A stretch of DNA of 64,000 bases from an uncultured Marinobacter sp. (GTDB taxonomy: Bacteria > Pseudomonadota > Gammaproteobacteria > Pseudomonadales > Oleiphilaceae): the NCBI GenBank assembly GCA_964520755.1, contig CAZFQI010000002.1, positions 22,947-86,946 on the forward strand, read 5' to 3'. Positions within the stretch are counted from its first letter, which is position 1; each line of letters begins with the position of its first letter. Of the stretch, positions 61,357 through 64,000 are shown in pieces. The position numbers and the translations under genes are program-made. Under the pieces are notes generated by a model that ran no database searches, had not been told where the DNA came from, and saw nothing but the letters and a program-made list of their open reading frames with translations.

Positions 61357-62598
61357 ATGACCAAATCCGCAGAAACGACCCATGATCTGGTGGTGTTCGG
61401 TGCCACCAGCTTCGTCGGCCAGATTCTTACCCGTTACTTGCTCGAAACCTACGGGGTGGGCCAATCGGTGAAATGGGCGATTGCCGGGCGCTCCGAGAGC
61501 AAGCTCAACGCGCTCAAGAGCGAGCTTGGCAATAACGCCAAAGAACTGCCAGTGATTCTGGCCGACGCATCGGATGAAGCGGCGCTGAAATCCATGTGCG
61601 AGCAGACCCGGGTAATCATTTCCACCGTCGGCCCCTATGCGCTTTATGGCGAGCCGCTGGTCCAGGCCTGCGTGCGCAGCGGCACCGACTACTGCGATCT
61701 GACCGGCGAAGTACAGTGGATTGGCAAGATGGTGCAGCGCTACGAGGAGGAAGCGAAAGCGTCCGGTGCGCGCATTGTTCACTGCTGTGGTTTTGACTCG
61801 ATTCCGTCCGATATGGGCGTCTGGTTCCTTCAGAACCAGGCAGAGCAGACCTTCGGCACGCCATGCCGGGATGTTCGCATGCGCGTGAAAACCGCCAAGG
61901 GCGAATTCTCAGGCGGCACCGTTGCCTCCATGATGAACGTGGCAAAGGAAGCAGCGGCCGATCCGAAACTCCGGAAAGAACTGGCCAATCCGTTCTCCAT
62001 CTGCCCGCCGGAGCATCGCTCCAAGACGCGTCAGCCCAGCCTGAAGGGTGCGGAGTTCGACAAGACTTTCAACGCCTGGCTGGCGCCATTCGTGATGGGC
62101 GCCATCAATACGCGGGTGGTGCATCGCTCCAATGCCATGCAGAACGCGCGGTACGGCAAGGAATTTACCTACGACGAAGCGATGATGACCGGCCGTGGCA
62201 CCAAGGGCAGGCTGGCCGCCTATGCAATCACCGGTGGTCTGGCCGCGTTCTTTACCGCCTCGGCCATCAAGCCGAGCCGCTGGCTGGTGGAGAAGTTTGT
62301 GCCCAAGCCCGGCGAAGGCCCGAGCCCTGAAGCCCAGAAAGCCGGTTTCTATGACCTGCGCTTTGTAGGGCGCACCGAAGATGGTAAAACCATCATCACG
62401 AAGGTAACCGGCGACCAGGATCCCGGCTACGGCTCCACCGGCAAGATGCTCGGCGAGGCGGGCATGTGCCTGGCGTTCGATACTCCGGCGGATCAGCCGG
62501 GCGGGTTCTGGACACCGTCCTCATTGCTGGATGGCAAGCTGATGGACCGGCTCACCAGTAAGGCGGGCCTGACCTTCGAGGTGCTCGAAACCCGCTAA
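61357..62598 (+). CDS. Saccharopine dehydrogenase-family NAD(P)-binding protein
   Basis: 413 aa with VVFGATSFVGQILTRYL, WAIAGRS and a CGFDSIPSDMG motif typical of this family. Confidence 0.8.
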   Translation: MTKSAETTHDLVVFGATSFVGQILTRYLLETYGVGQSVKWAIAGRSESKLNALKSELGNNAKELPVILADASDEAALKSMCEQTRVIISTVGPYALYGEPLVQACVRSGTDYCDLTGEVQWIGKMVQRYEEEAKASGARIVHCCGFDSIPSDMGVWFLQNQAEQTFGTPCRDVRMRVKTAKGEFSGGTVASMMNVAKEAAADPKLRKELANPFSICPPEHRSKTRQPSLKGAEFDKTFNAWLAPFVMGAINTRVVHRSNAMQNARYGKEFTYDEAMMTGRGTKGRLAAYAITGGLAAFFTASAIKPSRWLVEKFVPKPGEGPSPEAQKAGFYDLRFVGRTEDGKTIITKVTGDQDPGYGSTGKMLGEAGMCLAFDTPADQPGGFWTPSSLLDGKLMDRLTSKAGLTFEVLETR

Positions 62599-64000
62599 CC
62601 ACTCAGGTAAATCACACGGTCGGAGCCCGGCAGGGCTTCCGACCCGTGTGCCAGACTGATCACGGTTTTTCCTTCCAGAAGTGTTTCCATCCGTTTTGAC
62701 ACCCGCGCCCGGGTCTCGGCATCCAGGCCGGTAAACGGCTCATCCAGTATGACCAGCGGGGCCGGGTTCAGTAGCACCCTCGCAAGGGCCACACGCCGGG
62801 CTTCACCACCGGAGAGTCGGCTGCCGGCGCTGCCCAGCCAGGTATCAAGCTGATCCGGTTCCGTGGCGAAGCGTTCAGCCAGTTCCATCTGCTCCAGAAT
62901 GCCCCACAGCTCAGTATCCGACGCCTCCGGCGAACCCAGTAACAGATTGGCTCTCAAGGTGTCCTCGAACAACACGGTTTTCTGGGTCAGGTAGACGCAA
63001 TCTTTTCGAACCAGGCTGCCCTGGGCATGGGGCAACAGGCCGGCGAGTACGTCCGCCAGAGAGGACTTGCCGCTGCCGGAGTGGCCGAGAATCCCGACCC
63101 GGTCGCCGTTCTCAATCTCAAGATTGAAGCGGGTGAACAATGGCGCGTAACCACTGTGTTTAACCGAGATATTTTCGGCGAGCAGTGCGGTCTCTGGCGG
63201 CAGGCCTGCTGGTTGTGGCGTACCCGGCTGTTCATCCTCCCGGCAATCCCGGTTCAGCCGTGAAGCCGACGCCAGGGTAGCCCCGAGTTTCCCGAAAGCG
63301 TCGGGCAGCATGGCGTAGACCTCGGCCAGGCCGAGCAGGGCAATCGGCAGCAAAACCAGAACCGGGCCGGACACGGTGCCAGCCTGGAACAGGGCGAAAC
63401 CGGCCCAGAGCGCCAGAACCGCAGAGAGATTAACCAGCAAATGAGACCCTGCCAGATGCCAGCCAACCCGGGTATCGGCCTTCGCCTGCTCGGAGGTGAC
63501 CTGATGCGCCTGGCGCATAAGCCAGGCCGCATGTTTGCCGGTCCGCCCGGCCGCGGTCAGCTCCGGGAAACCCTCAATGTGCTCTATCACGGCCGTGCGC
63601 AAATCCTCCTGCCGGTCGCTTTGCCGGGCAGCCAGGCGCCAGGTTCTCAGGTATACGCCAACGGTGGCGATCAACAGAGCAATCACCAGCAACAGACCAA
63701 CCAGCAATGCCGTCCCGACATCAAACAGCACCGCGGCAAGTACCACGACCGCAAGGGTGACGACGCCAGCCAGCGCTGAAGGCGCGATCAGCCGCAGGTA
63801 CAGCGTATCCAGGGCATCCACATCACTGGTTAGCCTCGATAGCCACTGGGCGCCGCTCAGTTCACCACGGCGGATACGGCTCGCCTGTGACAAACGCCGG
63901 AACAGGGCCACGCGGATATCCGTGAGCAGGCGCAAAACAGTATCGTGATTGTAGACCCGCTCCAGGTAGCGGAACACCGTGCGGGACACGGCAAAGAAAC
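62595..64000 (-). CDS. cydC: Thiol-reductant ABC exporter subunit CydC-like (permease-ATPase fusion); N-terminus lies outside the window
   Basis: The frame is open to the window edge. It has TM helices, then Walker A (GHSGSGKSS), the signature LSGGEARR and Walker B (LVILDEP). Confidence 0.65.
   Translation of the reverse strand, partial: FFAVSRTVFRYLERVYNHDTVLRLLTDIRVALFRRLSQASRIRRGELSGAQWLSRLTSDVDALDTLYLRLIAPSALAGVVTLAVVVLAAVLFDVGTALLVGLLLVIALLIATVGVYLRTWRLAARQSDRQEDLRTAVIEHIEGFPELTAAGRTGKHAAWLMRQAHQVTSEQAKADTRVGWHLAGSHLLVNLSAVLALWAGFALFQAGTVSGPVLVLLPIALLGLAEVYAMLPDAFGKLGATLASASRLNRDCREDEQPGTPQPAGLPPETALLAENISVKHSGYAPLFTRFNLEIENGDRVGILGHSGSGKSSLADVLAGLLPHAQGSLVRKDCVYLTQKTVLFEDTLRANLLLGSPEASDTELWGILEQMELAERFATEPDQLDTWLGSAGSRLSGGEARRVALARVLLNPAPLVILDEPFTGLDAETRARVSKRMETLLEGKTVISLAHGSEALPGSDRVIYLSG

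Overview
Moderately GC-rich gammaproteobacterial chromosome segment. Gene content, the REP sequence and gene order suggest a Marinobacter/Pseudomonas-like organism, which is inference only. I call about 68 protein genes, one tRNA-Ser(UGA), three REP-type palindromic repeats, about ten hairpin terminators and a few candidate regulatory sites. Most of it is housekeeping: rarA-serS-cobA, DAHP synthase, fabI, yejABEF-type peptide ABC importer, mltD, gloB-yafS-rnhA-dnaQ, a FimL-like Hpt protein, sohB, cysI+DUF934, metH, nfuA, tusDCB-tusE, a BI-1/YccA-family gene, hemH, xthA, gpsA, sixA, slyD, ETF-QO/etfBA, rlmA and cydC. As far as I recall, the order fabI...mltD...dnaQ...fimL...cysI...metH...nfuA mirrors the PA1806-PA1847 region of P. 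aeruginosa PAO1, so this looks like core genome. I found no CRISPR array, transposase, integrase, prophage or recognisable defence island. Five things deserve a second look. (1) An eight-gene, start/stop-overlapping operon (desaturase, NTF2, SDR, FAD-oxidoreductase, DUF1365, CFA-synthase-like, DUF2878, secreted protein; 39.7-46.6 kb) resembles furan/methylated fatty-acid pathways but has extra uncharacterised members. (2) An attenuator-like pair of mutually exclusive hairpins with a U8 terminator sits in the leader of a split yeeE/yedE sulfur-transport operon (about 37.5-37.7 kb, minus strand). (3) A perfect 20-bp palindrome lies between ETF-QO and etfBA. (4) An untracked 34-codon hydrophobic peptide ORF lies at 25320-25424. 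(5) There are several small modules of unknown function: DUF1631+PilZ, REC-PP2C+STAS, radical SAM+DUF1285, and two tandem membrane-anchored paralogs. All family assignments come from reading the translations, since no database search was possible.
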